From Hemiscyllium ocellatum (taxonomy: Eukaryota), in assembly GCF_020745735.1 (NCBI RefSeq), contig NC_083405.1, positions 76,474,345 through 76,538,344 on the forward strand: a DNA stretch of 64,000 nt, given 5' to 3'. Both the position numbers and the translations under genes were made by a program. The notes under the pieces are model-generated. The model saw only the letters and a program-made list of their open reading frames with translations, was not told where the DNA came from and made no database searches. The stretch's first letter is position 1; every line of letters begins with the position of its first letter. Positions 1-13,808 of this stretch are shown here, one piece after another.

Positions 1-2159
1 CGGTCTCCCCAATGTAGAGGAGACCGCACTGGGGGCAACGGATTCACCTAGCTGCCCAGTGCAGGTTTCTTTTAAAAGCAAATTTATTGAATTCTGTCAT
101 ATTTAATTGTATAAGGTACAGTGATACACATGATTTTGTAATGATGTTGTCAGCAAACGTTTTCCTGTATATCCTCATTTGTTATTGAAACGGACAGCAA
201 ACCCTGCGGCCAGAGTTCTCCGCTGGAGACAGGAAATGGGGAAGTAGACAGGAACCCACCTCCATCAGGAAGGCAGAATTGGATGTGACTGTTAGGGATA
301 TGGGTCTGAGGGGTATGGGTCTGAATTGTCTTCAGGACAGCTTTGCTGCCCAGTTATGCAGACAGGAAGTTGGAAACAGGGACTGCGGGGCCACAGAGCG
401 GGCAGTAACAAAGATATCACATGCCTATCATTTTCAACCCTGATCAAAAGGGTGGCATGCCTATAAGTGAAAGGCATAAAATGTTGGTGACCTTCCATCA
501 AGATGGGGAAAAGTTAGAGATTTTGAGGAAGAGATGGCTGGAACGCAGACAAAATGAAAGTCTGTGACAGGGAGGAAGATCACAGAGAGCGAGTTAGACC
601 TTCAGGGCAAGCTGGAATGGTGATGCAGCAGGAAAAAAAAGGAACAAAAGACCTGCCTTGAGATGTTGAAGGAGCGAGAGAAAAGCCAAACAAAGAAAAG
701 GGGAAATGGAGTAGTAATTATCATCTGCAATTGTTCTGGCAGGCTGCAAACTGCCTAATGAAGAGATCGAGGCAACCAAATGCTGGCCTTGCCAGCCATC
801 TCCACATCTACTTGAGAAATGCAAAAGTAGACTTTTATTCTGACAATTCTTTCAAAGGATTGAATTGTTCAAGGAAAGCAAACTACACTCTATTTTCACA
901 GCAGTGAGCAACTGAGCTTTGACATTTAAAAATCCTTATAGCCACTTTGACAGCAGGAAGTACATAAGGTAAGAGTGATATTAGGGATTTGGTTACAGGT
1001 AGGGTGCCAGGTGTAGAATGCTAGGTTACAAAGTGAAGGTGTCAGGTACCAGCTGAAAGGGTGCCATCTGGGTAGGGGTAAGATGGATAGGATGCTAAGT
1101 GAAAAGGGGGTAGGGTACCGAGTGGGTAGGGTGCAACATGGTGAGGTAGTCAGGTAAGTGGCCAGGATGTGTGGAAGGATTCGGGACCATAGGAGGGGGG
1201 AGTCAAGAAAGATAGCTGATGGGTTTGGAGGGAGTTTGGCACACAGGGATTTGGGTCCGGTTGGCCGAAAGTAAGGGCTGTCAGGTTGGGTCTGGAGGTA
1301 GAGGGGACTAGTGCCAGGGGATAGTCAAATGGTGTCTGGTCGAGTGAAGCAGGAGAAGGGAAGTGTGCTGAGCAACGAGGGATAGGGAATGAGGAAAGGG
1401 GCAGGAGAAGAGGAGAGTGTGTTGAGCTGCAAAGGACAGTGAGGGAAGGGTTAGGGGGAGGGAACAGTGTTTTGCCAGCCAGGGAAGGGGAGTAAGGTCA
1501 GGAGCAGGGGAAGAGGGGAGTGGATCCCATAGTATGGCAAGGGTTGGGAAGAGGTAGATCACATTTGAGTGATGTAAATGCTCTGCAGCGTGTGTTGATA
1601 GGGGGTTGTGTGATGTAAGTATGAATTCTGTTTAATAGCTTCTCACGAGTTGGATGAAGTATTTAATTGGAAATCACTTCCCCCACACAGCAGTGGAGGC
1701 TGAGTCGTTAAATATTTGTTAGGGCAGAGGTAGCTTGTTTCTTTATGAACAACAGAGTCAAAGGTCACCAGGCTAGACGAGAAAGTGGAGTTATGGTCAT
1801 AATCAGATCAACTAAAATGCGGAGGAAGCTTGAGAAACTGAATGGCCTACCCCTGCCCATAATTCACACATACAAATGCTCCTAGAACTACATTCCTGGC
1901 CAGATTTTACATCTTTTACTTAATATTCCTTTAAGCGATTTGGTATCCTACTTTGTATTACAACACTTCTGCAAAATGTTTTAAACTGATTTAATTGTGT
2001 TTAGGGTATTTAATGATATATGTTGTGGTCATTCCAAATTTTGAAAATGGAGATTGCACAGAAACAACTTACAGTGATCATTAATAAAGGCAAGGCTTTG
2101 GCAAAAGTGCAAGGTTGGGAATGTATTGGTCAAATCTATCAGACTCAGCACAGGCAGAT

Positions 2160-2505
2160 TCATTGACAGGGTAAATGCTGAGAGGATGTTTCCCCTCATG
2201 GGAGAGTCTGGGGCCAGAGGTCATAGTCTCAGAATAAAGAGTTGCCAATTTAAGAATGAGATAAGGATGAATTTCTGCTCTCAGAGAATGGGGATTTGGA
2301 ACTCCTTGCCACAGAGGGTTATGGGGGCAAAGTCCTTATGTATATTTAAGGCTGAGATAGATAAATTTTTGATCAATAGAAGAATCAAGGTTCTGGGGAA
2401 CAGGCAGGAAAGTGGACATAAAGAACAATGGATCAGCCACAAACCTATTGAATGGCAGACCAGGGTCTAGGGGCCAAACAGCCTATTCCTTTATCTTATT
2501 GTCTT
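2160..2505 (+). mobile_element. Decayed CR1-type LINE 3' fragment in a HACL1 intron
   Basis: ORF 2126-2470 resembles the CR1 ORF2 C-terminus (RGHSLRIK...WNSLPQRV...FKAEIDKFL). Confidence 0.8.
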
Positions 2506-3089
2506 ATTTATAAATGGTGTTCATTGGCCTCTTGCACATTACCAACTCTTCCTTCTCATATTTGTTCACTACCCCTACCCTTTTGAAAAACATATGTTCC
2601 TGAAAATGAGACAGCACCACTTCCTGTTAACACCTGAAATAACTCCAGAGGTACCTCATCACCAAGTTACCCTTTGTTTACTTGTGGAGAGTACTTGACA
2701 CCGATCCAGCTCCCTCAGAGTCCGCTCTCAGTGAACTGGATGGCTGATATTCCTGTTTATATCTGTCACCCAGAGCTCCCTGTTTGGACCAGATTCTCAA
2801 CCCCAGTCAGGGAATTCCTATTCTATGAGGTCCACCTGACTGACCCTGTTACAATCACTATAACACTAACCAACATAAATAGAAGACTTCCCATATCTAT
2901 TGAGGAGCTTTTACACAAAACTAAATTTTGATTAGAATACTAATACTTAACTTTTCCACCTGTAATAACTCAGGAAACCTGACTAGAAAGAAACATTGTT
3001 TATTGTTAAACAACAAGGTAGAGTCACTACTCCTGATTAGTCCCGGCCTGGGATAGACAGTCTGTCTGGGTCTGTTTTTTTAATCCAAA

Positions 3090-3330
3090 ATCATCCTATT
3101 CAGAGATGTTATGATACACCTCTGGAGCAGGTGGGACTTGAGCTTGGGCCTCCTGTCTCAAAGATAGGGAGAGAACCCTTGTGCCACAAGAACCTGCCTG
3201 GGTCTGCTTTCTGATTTTTCCCAATCAACCTGTACAGAAATGTTATACACCGCTGCAGCAGGTGGGATTTAAACCCTGGTCCACAGGTAGGGACACTACC
3301 ACTCTGCCACACGAAGGCTTCTTGGGTCTG
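3090..3330 (-). mobile_element. Two tandem short tRNA-derived SINE-like copies
   Basis: Repeated unit tgttat(g)atacacc...gcaggtggga..t...taggga...tgccac; related copies near 44185-44295 and 57445-57540. Confidence 0.6.
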
Positions 3331-3612
3331 CTTTATTTTTGTCCCCATGGCCCTTGTAGGGGTTAGCATAACACCCATCCTTCCCAAAACTGACTAGTTA
3401 ACAGCTCACTATCCAGGTAGAAATGAATAGGAGACAAAGAAGGCTTCACATTCACTGCCTGATCCATATATAGCTAACTAGGACAATCCGCAATGACAAC
3501 TGAAATTACACTAGGCTTTTAAATGTATCAGTTTGAATAAATATTTGCAGGTTGACTTCCTAGAATTGCAATGGTTGCAACTGTTTCTTTGGTAACAGTT
3601 CATAGAACTTAC

Positions 3613-3693
3613 CAGCAATTCATGTTTGCATTTGCCATTCCTCCTAGTGTGTGTAAAAGACCTGGGCCAGAGACTGCAAGGCAAATGCCTGGC
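3613..3693 (-). CDS. HACL1: 2-hydroxyacyl-CoA lyase 1, coding exon 4; later exons were not found and probably lie beyond the window start
   Basis: 81-nt exon, ttttag acceptor and gtaagt donor; encodes (R)[26 protein letters not shown](W), the ThDP-enzyme N-terminal motif. Confidence 0.95.
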
Positions 3694-3810
3694 CTAAAAT
3701 GAGGAAAAACAGTCGTGTTTAAATTGCAGGTAAATCGGTAAAAATACAATTAAAAGCTCATCGTGGCAAAGTCATGAGATTTAAAACCAGCTACATTTTG
3801 AGAGACTAAC

Positions 3811-3851
3811 CTTCCAGTTAAATATCCCACTGCAGATGCTGCATAACAAGC
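3811..3851 (-). CDS. HACL1: HACL1 coding exon 3
   Basis: 41-nt exon, aaacag/gttagt; [13 protein letters not shown](R); phase fits exon 4. Confidence 0.95.
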
Positions 3852-3947
3852 CTGTTTAAACAGCAAACATGAGGTCAGTAAAACACTAATTGATTTATTT
3901 TTACACTGTTGAAAGAACAGACAGAAGGTACACAGAATATTACTTAC

Positions 3948-4052
3948 AGCTTGCTCATTTCTCATTCCAATGTATTTAATCCCAGCAGCTTGGGCTGCCA
4001 TGGCTATTTCTATCACTGGTATACCAACAATCCCAAACATATACCGAAGATT
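3948..4052 (-). CDS. HACL1: HACL1 coding exon 2
   Basis: 105-nt exon, ttgcag/gtaagt; [35 protein letters not shown], with the conserved ThDP-activating Glu in RNEQ. Confidence 0.97.
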
Positions 4053-4439
4053 CTGCAAAGAAACATGAAAGGTGGCCTTCAGGTTATTGCCCGTTTATTT
4101 TTAGTGTGAACTCAGCAAGAAATCATCTGTTCAGATCACAGATATTAGCTTCAAAATTTTCTGGTATCTATAAGTGTGTGTTGCAAATGTGCAAGATACA
4201 GAGAATATGAACAATTCGTAATTCCAGAGGGAAAACATATGATCGTACCTTTGGTCACTTTCTAAAGTCTGAGTGGTCTTTCTTAGTAACAGCACTTGAG
4301 GCCATTGAGTTTGGGAGACGTTTACTTAAATGATAACTGAATTGCAGCTCACTATTTCTCACTACATATATCAAATGTATTTTTTTTTCTTAAATTGTTC
4401 CAACACACCTTTCAACAACTATTCTACAAAACAACAGCC

Positions 4440-4735
4440 ATTGAGTCACAGAATCCTGACAATACAGAAAAAGGCCACTCTGCCCATTGAGACTGCACTG
4501 GCCCTTCTAAGAACATTCCACACAGACCTAGCTCCCTCACCCTATCCCCACATTTACCATGGCTAATACACCTAACCTGCACATCTTTGGAGTGTGGAAG
4601 GAAACATGGAGCACCCAGAAGAAACCCACACAGACACAGAGAGAATATGCAAACCCCACACAGACAGTGACTCAAGCCAGGAATTGAACCCAGGCACCGT
4701 GAAGCAGTAGCGCTAACCACAGAGGCACCATATGT
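4440..4735 (-). mobile_element. V-SINE (HE1-like) copy, diverged
   Basis: tRNA-like head and the V core seen in the young copies at 55177 and 56001. Confidence 0.8.
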
Positions 4736-5366
4736 CAGCATGCCAGTTAAAATATACACAGCTATTCATTTATTTTCATTTCCTGCCTTTTCCCCATAAT
4801 CTCAAAATTTTGTCATTAAGTTGAGTGAGTTCTTTATCTAATTTCCTTTTCAAATTTCTGATGTAGATTAAGCTTTCTGATCTTTCCATGATGTGGACGT
4901 GTTGGTGTTGGACTGGGGTGGTCAAAGTAAAAAAATCACACAACAACAGGTTATAGTCCAACAGGTTTATTTGAAGCCACAAGATTTCGGAATGCTGTTC
5001 CTCCTTCAGGCAGCTAATGCCTGAGGAAGAAGCGGGGGCTCTGAAAGCTCACAGACCTGAAAGGTTAACTGTTTTCATGTCACACTGCTGTCAGGCCTGC
5101 TGAGTGTTTCCAGGAGTTTCTGTTTTATTTCAAGCATTAAACAAATGCATTGGGTGATCAGGAGAGGAGAAATTCAAGCATAAGAAGAGGTTTACGTTCA
5201 GGTGGTAACTAATACGTTGTGGCTTCCTACCCAAGGTGAAGACATTGGTGTCAATGAAATTGAATAAGTTAGTCATACAGTGGCCTATATCGGTGAAGCC
5301 TACTGATTTCAATAAAGTTTCATTTATTGCAGTGGATTGGCAGCACATGGGGTGAATACTCCTCAC

Positions 5367-5450
5367 CTGCCCTCTCAGTGCTTCTGCTACGATCTGAGCT
5401 CCGCTGAGTTCCTCTGGCTGTAACCCACCATCTCCCTCCGGAGCTGCCAT
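5367..5450 (-). CDS. HACL1: HACL1 coding exon 1
   Basis: ATG at 5450; MAAPEGDGGLQPEELSGAQIVAEALRGQ then gtgagg donor; phase 0 into exon 2. Confidence 0.9.
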
Positions 5451-5950
5451 TTCCACTTGGGGCAAAGGAGCAGTCACCGGTTGCTAAAGCCAGCTCGACA
5501 TCGCTGCAGGGCGGAGATTGACAAACTGCAGCACCAACCCCAGCAAAGGAAGAACCAAGTCGCTCAGGAAGAGGAGTCACTGCAGTATGAATGTGTATCC
5601 TGTTGGAAAGCTCTGTTCGTTTTGTTTCGTGGAGAATTTTCAACAACAAAGTAATATGAAAAGATGCGTGTATATTTTGAAATTCAGTCCACTGCGGCGG
5701 TTTGGCATTTGTGTGCAAAATTACATACCAATACAAGTCCCGTAAGACCTCAATGTTTCTACCTGAGCAGTCCCAGTGCATTTGGCGCAATTCGAAGCAA
5801 ATATAAGTTTTTTTTTAAAATGGACCAGCAAGAATGTTCAATTTCAGTTGCTGGTCTGATTTCCTTTTAAGATCCTTAATTGGCTCCAAAAAGGAATTCC
5901 CGTAGTGTCTGGCCTGATTTTTTTTTAATTCAGAAATTCTCACACGTTCG
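5451..5950. promoter_or_regulatory. Probable HACL1 5' UTR and promoter region
   Basis: Locally raised CpG; GC box GGGCGG 5509-5514; E2F-type TTTGGCGC 5781-5788; ACTACAnnTCCC-like motif near 5730-5741. Confidence 0.5.
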
Positions 5951-6377
5951 TCTGAAGGGAGAGAAGGGAAAACGGAAATTTCTAGAAGTTAGTGAAAGAG
6001 GGGAGAGAGCAGGTAAACCAGAAACTGCAGACAAAGAACGAACTGGAAAAGGTTGGATGATATCAGTAATTGACATTGATACTATGTTTTTACAGTGAAG
6101 CTTTAATCCAGAGTGCTTCAAAGCAGCATTATAAAAGAAAATATGTTAAACTGGATGACCAAAAGCTTAGGTGAGCTTTATAAGAAGTGTCTTAAACAAG
6201 GAAGTCAAAAATCACACACCAGGTTATAGTACAACAGGCTTATTTGGAAGCATTACCTGGTGTCATGTGATTTTTAACTTTGTCCAGCCCAGTCCCATAC
6301 CGGCACCTCCGCATTATTCTTATTAAATAAGGAAAGCATCTTAGAAAAGATTAGGGAGAGAATTCCAAATTTTACAT

Positions 6378-7065
6378 AGTTAAAAATCACACAACACCAG
6401 GTTATAGTCCAACAGGTTTAATTGGAAGCACACTAGCTTTCGGAGCGACGCTCCTTCATCAGGTAATAGTGGAGGGCTCGATTGTAACACAGAATTTATA
6501 GCAAAAATTTACAGTGTGATGTAACTGAAATTATACATTGAAAAATTGATTGTCTGTTAAGCCTTTCATCTGTTAGAATACAGTGATAGTTTCACTTCTT
6601 TCATGTGTAAATCACAAAACCTTTTTAAAAAGTTGCATTCTCGGGTTAGCTGTTAACAATGGTGATAGCTAGACAATATGTTGAAAGTGTTAGCCCCCTG
6701 TGTTCTCTGTCTATGACCTGATGTTTAGATTGATTCTAATCTAAAAAGTGAGATAACAGAGTTTTACATAAATTCATGCAGTTTTTGAGCTCAGAGTTCT
6801 ACATGAATGTATGCAGTTTTTGAGCAAAGTGCAATGTAACTCTGCAAGTACAAATTCACCACACAAAATATTTGTGTGCGTGTGAGTCTTTGTCTGTTTG
6901 TGTGTCTGTCTGGAGTGGGGGTTGTGAGTGTGAGAAAGTGTGTGTGTGTAATGAATGTAGAGTGTCTTAAGTCTGTGAGGGGTGTGTGTGGGTGTCTGTG
7001 TGTATATGAGAGTGTGTGTGTGTAGTACAATGGTGATCACTTGTAATGTGACATGAACTCAAGTG
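6378..7065 (-). mobile_element. Penelope-like element terminal region with TG-rich microsatellite
   Basis: Begins with the aaaatcacacaacaccaggttatagtccaacagg...ctccttcatcag motif (reverse complement contains CTGATGA...CGAAA) that recurs across the window; TG-rich tract about 6870-7022. Confidence 0.55.
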
Positions 7066-7303
7066 TTCATAGGCCAACTGAAGAGATAGCAACCAATGGT
7101 GGAGTTATTAACATCAGGAATCCTCAAAAGGTGACATTAGAGAGGCACAGATAGCTTTGAATTTTGAGAGACTGGGAGAGATTATGGAGATGGACAGAGA
7201 TATAAAATCCTTGAAGGATTTCTAAGCCATGGGTAACAGTGTGTAGGTGACCTCAGGTTTACAAAGTGTAGAATATAGGCGAGCAGCCAAGAATGTGTTG
7301 GAA

Positions 7304-8660
7304 TAAGACCATAAGACATAGGAGCAGAAATTATGCCATTCAGCCCATCGAGTGCTCTGTCCTTCAATCATGGCTGATAACTTTCTCAACCCAATTCTCC
7401 CGTTTTCTCCCCAAAATCCTTGATCCCCATGACAATCAATAACCTATGTGTCTCCGTCTTAAGTATACTCAATGATCTGGCCTCCACAGCCTTCTGTGGC
7501 AACGAATTACATAGATTCACCACTCTCTGGCTGAGAATTATATAGAATCCCTACAGTGTGGAAACAGGCAATTCGGCCTAACAAGTTCACACCGACCCTC
7601 CGAAGAATAACCCACCCAGAACCTATTACCCCTGAGTAATGCACCTAGTCTATACATTGCTAAATACTATAGGCAATTCAGCATGGGCAATTCACCTAAC
7701 CTGCACATCTTTGGTCTGTGGGAGGAAACCCAGAGCACCCAGAAGAGACCCACACACATCTGGAGAATGTGCAAACTCCACACAGACAGTCACCCAAGGC
7801 GGGATTCAAATCCCGGTCCCTGATGCTGTGAGGCAGAAGTGCCAACCACTGAGCCACCATGCTCAGTGATTAGGAAGAAGTTTCTCCCTATCTCTGTTGT
7901 AATAGGTCTTACCTTTACTCTAAGGATGTGCCTTCAGGTCCTAGTCTCTCCTACCAATGGAAACATTTTCCCAACATCAATTCTGTCCAGACTATTCAGT
8001 ATTCTGTAAGTTTCAATTAGATTCCCTCTCACCTTTCTAAACTCCATTGAGTATAGTCATGTGTTAAGCATTTTATTCCTAGGACCATTCGCGTGAACGT
8101 CCTATGAACACGCTCCAGGGCCAGTACATCCTTCATGAGATATGGGACCCAAAACTGCACAGAATACTCCAAATGTGGTCTTATAGAGCCTGTTTTTATA
8201 TTCAAGTCCTCTCAAAATAAATTGCAGCATTCCTAATTATTGACTCAACCTGCAAGTTTACCTTGAGAGAATCCTGGGCTGGAAATCTCAAGTTTCTTTG
8301 GAATTCAGATTGCTAAATTTTCATTGCATTTAGAAAATAGTCCATGCTTCTATTCTTCCTACCAAAGTGCATGACCTCACACTTACCCATGCTGTACCCC
8401 ACCTGCCACTTCTTTGCCCATTCTCTTAAACTGTTCAAATCCTTCTGCAGCCTCCCCACCTCCTCTACACTACCTGTCCCTCTACCTATCTTTGTGTAGA
8501 CAGAATGCCCTAAGTTCCTTCATCTAGATCATTAATATATAAAAGTGAAAAGTTGTAGTCCCAACAGTGACCCTTGCAGAACTGCCATCCTAAGAAAGAC
8601 TCTTTTATTCCCAGTCAAGCTTCTGTCCAGGCTAACACCTTGCCTCTAACACCACAGACC
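7304..8660 (-). mobile_element. Decayed CR1 LINE 3' portion, interrupted by a V-SINE
   Basis: Tail ataagaccataagacatagg is the reverse complement of the tail at 30057-30081; RT-region similarity to 29000-30000. Confidence 0.85.
7541..7863 (-). mobile_element. V-SINE (HE1-like) nested in CR1
   Basis: Reverse-complement match to the SINEs at 55177 and 56001. Confidence 0.85.
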
Positions 8661-10414
8661 ATCATTGAATGGCAGAACAGTCTGAAGGGCTGAATGATCT
8701 GGTAGGAAGATTTTCCCAAGGCAGTCTTAGTGACAGCAGTTCATCCTGGATCAAATATGACACTAAAGTTGTGAACAAATTGGTTTGGTTTCAAACAGCT
8801 AACAAGAGAGGGGTGGTAACAGGAACATAGTTTGCAGTAGGGACAAAAGCAATAGCTTCAATATTTCAAATGTTTAATTGAAGGACATTTCTGGTTATCT
8901 AAAAGTAGATGTCAGTCAAGCAACCATGGAGGGAGTTGAGCAAAATGATTTTGATGTAGATCAAGGTGTCATCAGTGTACATGTGAAAACTAAAATACGT
9001 TTTAGCTGATGATCGAGAGAAGAAACATGTAGTTGGAAATTAGGTCGGAAATTCTTTAAGATACTCCAAAAGTAACTGTGTGGGAATAGTGCCTGGCCTT
9101 CCCCACCTGGAGACCAGCTGACACCTTTAAGTGACTTCTTTAGGACCTTATCCCAATAACACAGGAATTCAACCAGCAGTTTCCCACCACATCAGGAAAC
9201 CAACAGTGAAACCCTGGTTGGAGAATGGTCCCTTCTTATCCGACACCCACAATCCCAAAGGAGGGAAGCACCTTTCTCAAGAGAGGGGCTGACAAAAGCT
9301 GCTGTGGGCCCTTTTCATCAATTCATCTTCGCTGATCACTCCCATGTCCTTTCTGGGGCATGACTAACTGTCTGATGATGATGCAGCTCCACTTACCTGC
9401 ATTCTAGGGCTCCAGCTGGACTTCAATTCAGTACCAACAGTGTCCACTGCTCTGAGGGGGCGCAGCCAGCCTCTCGATGGCCAGCAAATCTCCGTGGTCA
9501 GCTGTCTGCCTTGAAGGAGAAAATAATTTGGGAAATTTCCCCAGTAGAAGCCAGGACCCCTGCTGACGTCCAGGAGGGTGCCTGATTCGAACTTAATTCT
9601 TTTGGTTTCTGACAAAAGGCTGTGGTCAGATTACCAGAAGTCTTCCAGTTGGTAGAGGAACCCACTGCTACAACCCTTCAATTGTGCCAATGACTAAATG
9701 CTGTTTGCTATGATTCTATGATTACTAAGCTATTACTTCACCCCCATGTGTAAATCATTTGCTTTCAAAGCAAAACTAAATTACTTAATTTGTGTGGAGC
9801 CTGAGGGGTGCTAGTGCGAATGCTAATATCTGAACTTTATAGGGTGGTCTGATAAATCACAATTAGACACTGTCTGTGTAATAAACATCATCCAATTCCA
9901 CATTGAGCAATTAAAATGAAAGAGTTAAAGATTTATTTCATGCCCTTAATGAATATTCTTGTCTATATGTCAATTAAATGTTTTTATATGGGGATATGTT
10001 AATTCACTTCCTATCAGTGAACGGTTACTATCAATGTATTTCTAACTTACGTTAAATACATTATCTAAATTATATTTTTGTCTTCCCAACTGCATAAACC
10101 TATCTAAATAGGTTAATTCAAGATAACATGACAATGAGAGACTGTAAGCACTAATAACAGACCTGAATTGAGAAACTAGGTTTCTCAGATAGGAAGGAAG
10201 GAAAGAAATAATGGAGCATGATGGAGTAGGGGAGCAGGATAAAATTTTATCTACTTTCGTAAACTGAACTGGAATGGTACAATTATTATAGTGCAAAAAT
10301 TTAGTAAGAGATTGATAGATTAGAAGATATGAGTATATTACAACAATCAGTATAAAATTAAACGACCTGCAAATTTATTTATACCTTGGAACATAATACA
10401 TTGAATTGAGCAAT

Positions 10415-10770
10415 TTTTTTTATTCATTAATGGGATGAGCACATCACTGGTCGGGCCAGCATTTATTGTCCATCCCTAATTGCCCAGAGGGCAGTTAAGA
10501 GTGAACCAAATTGTTGTGTCTGGAGCCACACATAGGCTAGACCAGCTAAGGATGGCAGTTTCCTTTCCTAAAGAACATCAGTGAACCAGATGGGTTTTTA
10601 ACCAACAATGGACAATGGTTCATGGCCATCATTCAACTCTTGAATTCCAGATATTCACTGAATTAAAATTCCACCATCTGCCATGGTGGGATTCAAACCC
10701 AGGTTCCCAGAATGATATCTGGGTTTCTGGATTAACAGTCCAGCCATAATACCACTAGGCCATAGTCTCC
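10415..10770 (-). mobile_element. tRNA-headed SINE of a second family
   Basis: A-box and B-box-like head (tggcctagtggt...ggtttgaatccc on the minus strand); its 3' tail is shared with the LINE-like fragment starting near 35165. Confidence 0.65.
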
Positions 10771-13700
10771 CCTTAATTTCAATGAATCAAACTGCTTAGT
10801 GACTAGGGCAGCAAGTAGCAACATATAACCATCAGTTAAAAACAAACTCCAAGATATAAAATACAGACATGTTTGTCTATTATGACAGTTTAAAAACAGA
10901 ACATGCTGCCTTTGCTTCGCCTCTTTTATTGTACATTGGCCACAAATGTTGCTGTGACAATTCCAAGACAATGCAGCATTTATGAAACAAACAATCAGTG
11001 TACAGAAATACATTAATTAACTGGTTTGCAACTTGTGTTGATGCTGTTCTTAAATCTAACAGGAATATACTAGGTTATTCTGAAAATCCATTGACATCTA
11101 TTGAATGCACAATCCAATATAATCATTAACCAACATATAGATAAAAGAGGATAATTAATCAGGATATTTAAGTATCCAAATCATTGTCAAACTTATCTTC
11201 ATATGAATTAACTTTGCTTGCATCTGCCTCTTGAAGCCTTTCATTTCTGCCAAGTCCCAAATTCACCCCTTTGCCAGTGAAATAGGATTGAAGGATTTGG
11301 AAAAACTGTTTCAAATAGGAAAGAAAGCAATATATTTAAGCAGACAATTCAATCTGGATAGTGCACAATCTGTTCAAAGGTTTAATTTTTGGTAATTAAA
11401 ATTCTTGAAGGTTGCACACAATTTCCTGACGAAAATCAATAATCTTAAAATCATCTTTTCAACTGAAACTTCACTGAGTTATGCATCAAAAGTGTGATTG
11501 TTTTTAGAATCCTGGAAATCATTTGCCGTTCCGAACAGACATAATGATTAATAAGTCCAATCATAGAAATAGCTTATCACTATTTTTTTTACATATTTGC
11601 TTAGTGCTTATCATTTTTAACATGATTTTAAACCAAAATCATAACATTCCATCCAGCAAATGTCATTCTCAACAAAAGAATATCATGTTCCTCACTTTAA
11701 ATATGGAATGTATTCATAATAGATTTTTTCGGATCATCTGTCTCTTAAAAATGGATAAAAAGGATTTCTGAAATGGCTGATTGTTTCTGCAATTTTTGAC
11801 CAGACTACCTTAAGGTTTTGAAAAGTCCCTAATTGGATGACAGTGGGTTGGATGCCTCCTATAATGGGCATACCAAAATAAAAATCATCTGGAGGATTCA
11901 AATGGTTTGTGCATTTACTTACTGTCTATAAGCTTGGAAATTAATAATGAGAGTTGTACAGAAACCCGAGAATTCATTACCTGGTGTGTATGGCCACCAT
12001 CCCTTCTTCATTGTATAGCAACGACATTAAGGATTAAATCATCCTGGGTGTGCAATTGAAGTATTGATCTAGTGACTGGAATTTATGATGGATAACAAAT
12101 CTTGCTACCCCAAAATCTGGATTAAAACCATCAGTCTGGAAACCAACAGGATGAAATGGACCATTCTAGCAAAATCTCATTATTCCAAGGAGTGAAAAGG
12201 GAACAATGCATTGTCACTTGCAATCATTTGCCTCTACAGAAAATCGATATCTTTTGTGAATCCAAAGACTTCACACTACAATTCATCTCCAAAGAAACAT
12301 GAGAATCAGGCCTACAACACATGAAGTTTAAAGAACTGAAATTTGAGTATGAGTTACTGATTGTATTTCTGCTAAAAGCCTAAACGCATACTTGGTCACT
12401 TTACATCTGTGTGAATGAGGAAGTTAGTGTTTTTTTTACCGAACTTGCATTTCAGAGATGTTGTGTGAATAAGCATCTTTTTTTGAATAAAATCTCTACA
12501 ATGTGGAAACATTGCTCCAACAAGTCCACCCGACCCTCCAAAGAGTAACCCACCAAGACCCATTCCCCTACCCAATCACTCTACATTTGCCCCTAAAGTT
12601 AGCAGAAAGCCTGTTTGTTTTCTTTTGAAATCACGATGCTAAAAGAGTTTAAAACACTACCTCTCAGGCATATTTCATTGCAGACTATTGATAGGTTAGG
12701 ACAAAGGGAGCAATCCCACCATCTCTCTTCCTGTTAGCAACAGTATAAACAACCTTTGTCAGCATTGACCTCCCAGCCTGTCTCCATAAGTCTGGTAAAA
12801 TTCAGCATTCTATCGTGATTTATTTGGTTAAATTGGCAAAAATTTAGACTCTTGTTTTTCTGAGTAAGGAGATGTTGGTCAAAATGAAATAGAATTACAA
12901 TAACCAGTTCACTTGTATTATTAAAGGAAGATCATTGTCAGCTTGTTGGTGCAACAGTATGATGTGCAATGGCAAGTATTAAACATATTTCTACCACACA
13001 ATGTAACAAATTTTAGTATGTCATGGCATATGTTACATTTTGGCTGACAAAATAAAGCATCTCTTTCAAACTGAATATTGGAGTCAATGATTCACTTATT
13101 TCATGAGTCTGGTGATTTATTGAACATCTAGCCTTAGAAAATCAACTGCTCTCCAGTTCTTGTTAAACCTCCACTTTGTGACATTGTCATGTTTATTGTA
13201 TTCTTATTATTGAAGGCTTCACAAGCACAACTAAACAGAATTTAGAATTCCACTTTTAAATATTGAAATTTGCTGTAGTGCAGATCAACTTTTTTCGGAA
13301 TTTCTTCCTTTAATGAGGGAATATGAAGAATTAAGTTGGATCCTAAAACTAACACTACTATCCTCAATTGTAATATTGTTTGTAAATTTCTTTTCTCTTT
13401 TAATCTTAATCCAATGAAAACTCTCTTGAGTAAAGTTAGATTTCCATCCAGACACTTCAGGGCTGCATGTTACTTACCAGGTCCCTGTTTTGTTGTTTTT
13501 CTAAGGATTTCCATTCACTCTCAGTGATGATCAGCTCAGCAGTCACACATACCAGTAGCAAGATGGGGGCGAATATCATAAAGAAATTAATATTTTTCAT
13601 CCTAAAGCACAAGAAATAACTTTACAAAGATAAATATGTAGAATTTACAGCACCAAAAGTGGCCTTTCACCTGTATGATCTATGCTGTTCTGTGTTTATG

Positions 13701-13808
13701 CTCAACATCAGTCTCCTCCTTCCACATTTCATCCCAATCCGATCAGTTGCTGTTTTCTCCTGCCCCTCGTGCGCTTAATACGTTATTAATGACAACATTA
13801 TCTTTATG

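Noticed and set aside
3750-5790. ORF-track proteins 3750-4058, 5130-5477 and 5320-5790 as standalone genes
   Set aside because: They are HACL1 exons read through into introns, or alternative frames
6774-7040. His/Thr-rich ORFs
   Set aside because: Translation of a CA/TG microsatellite-like tract
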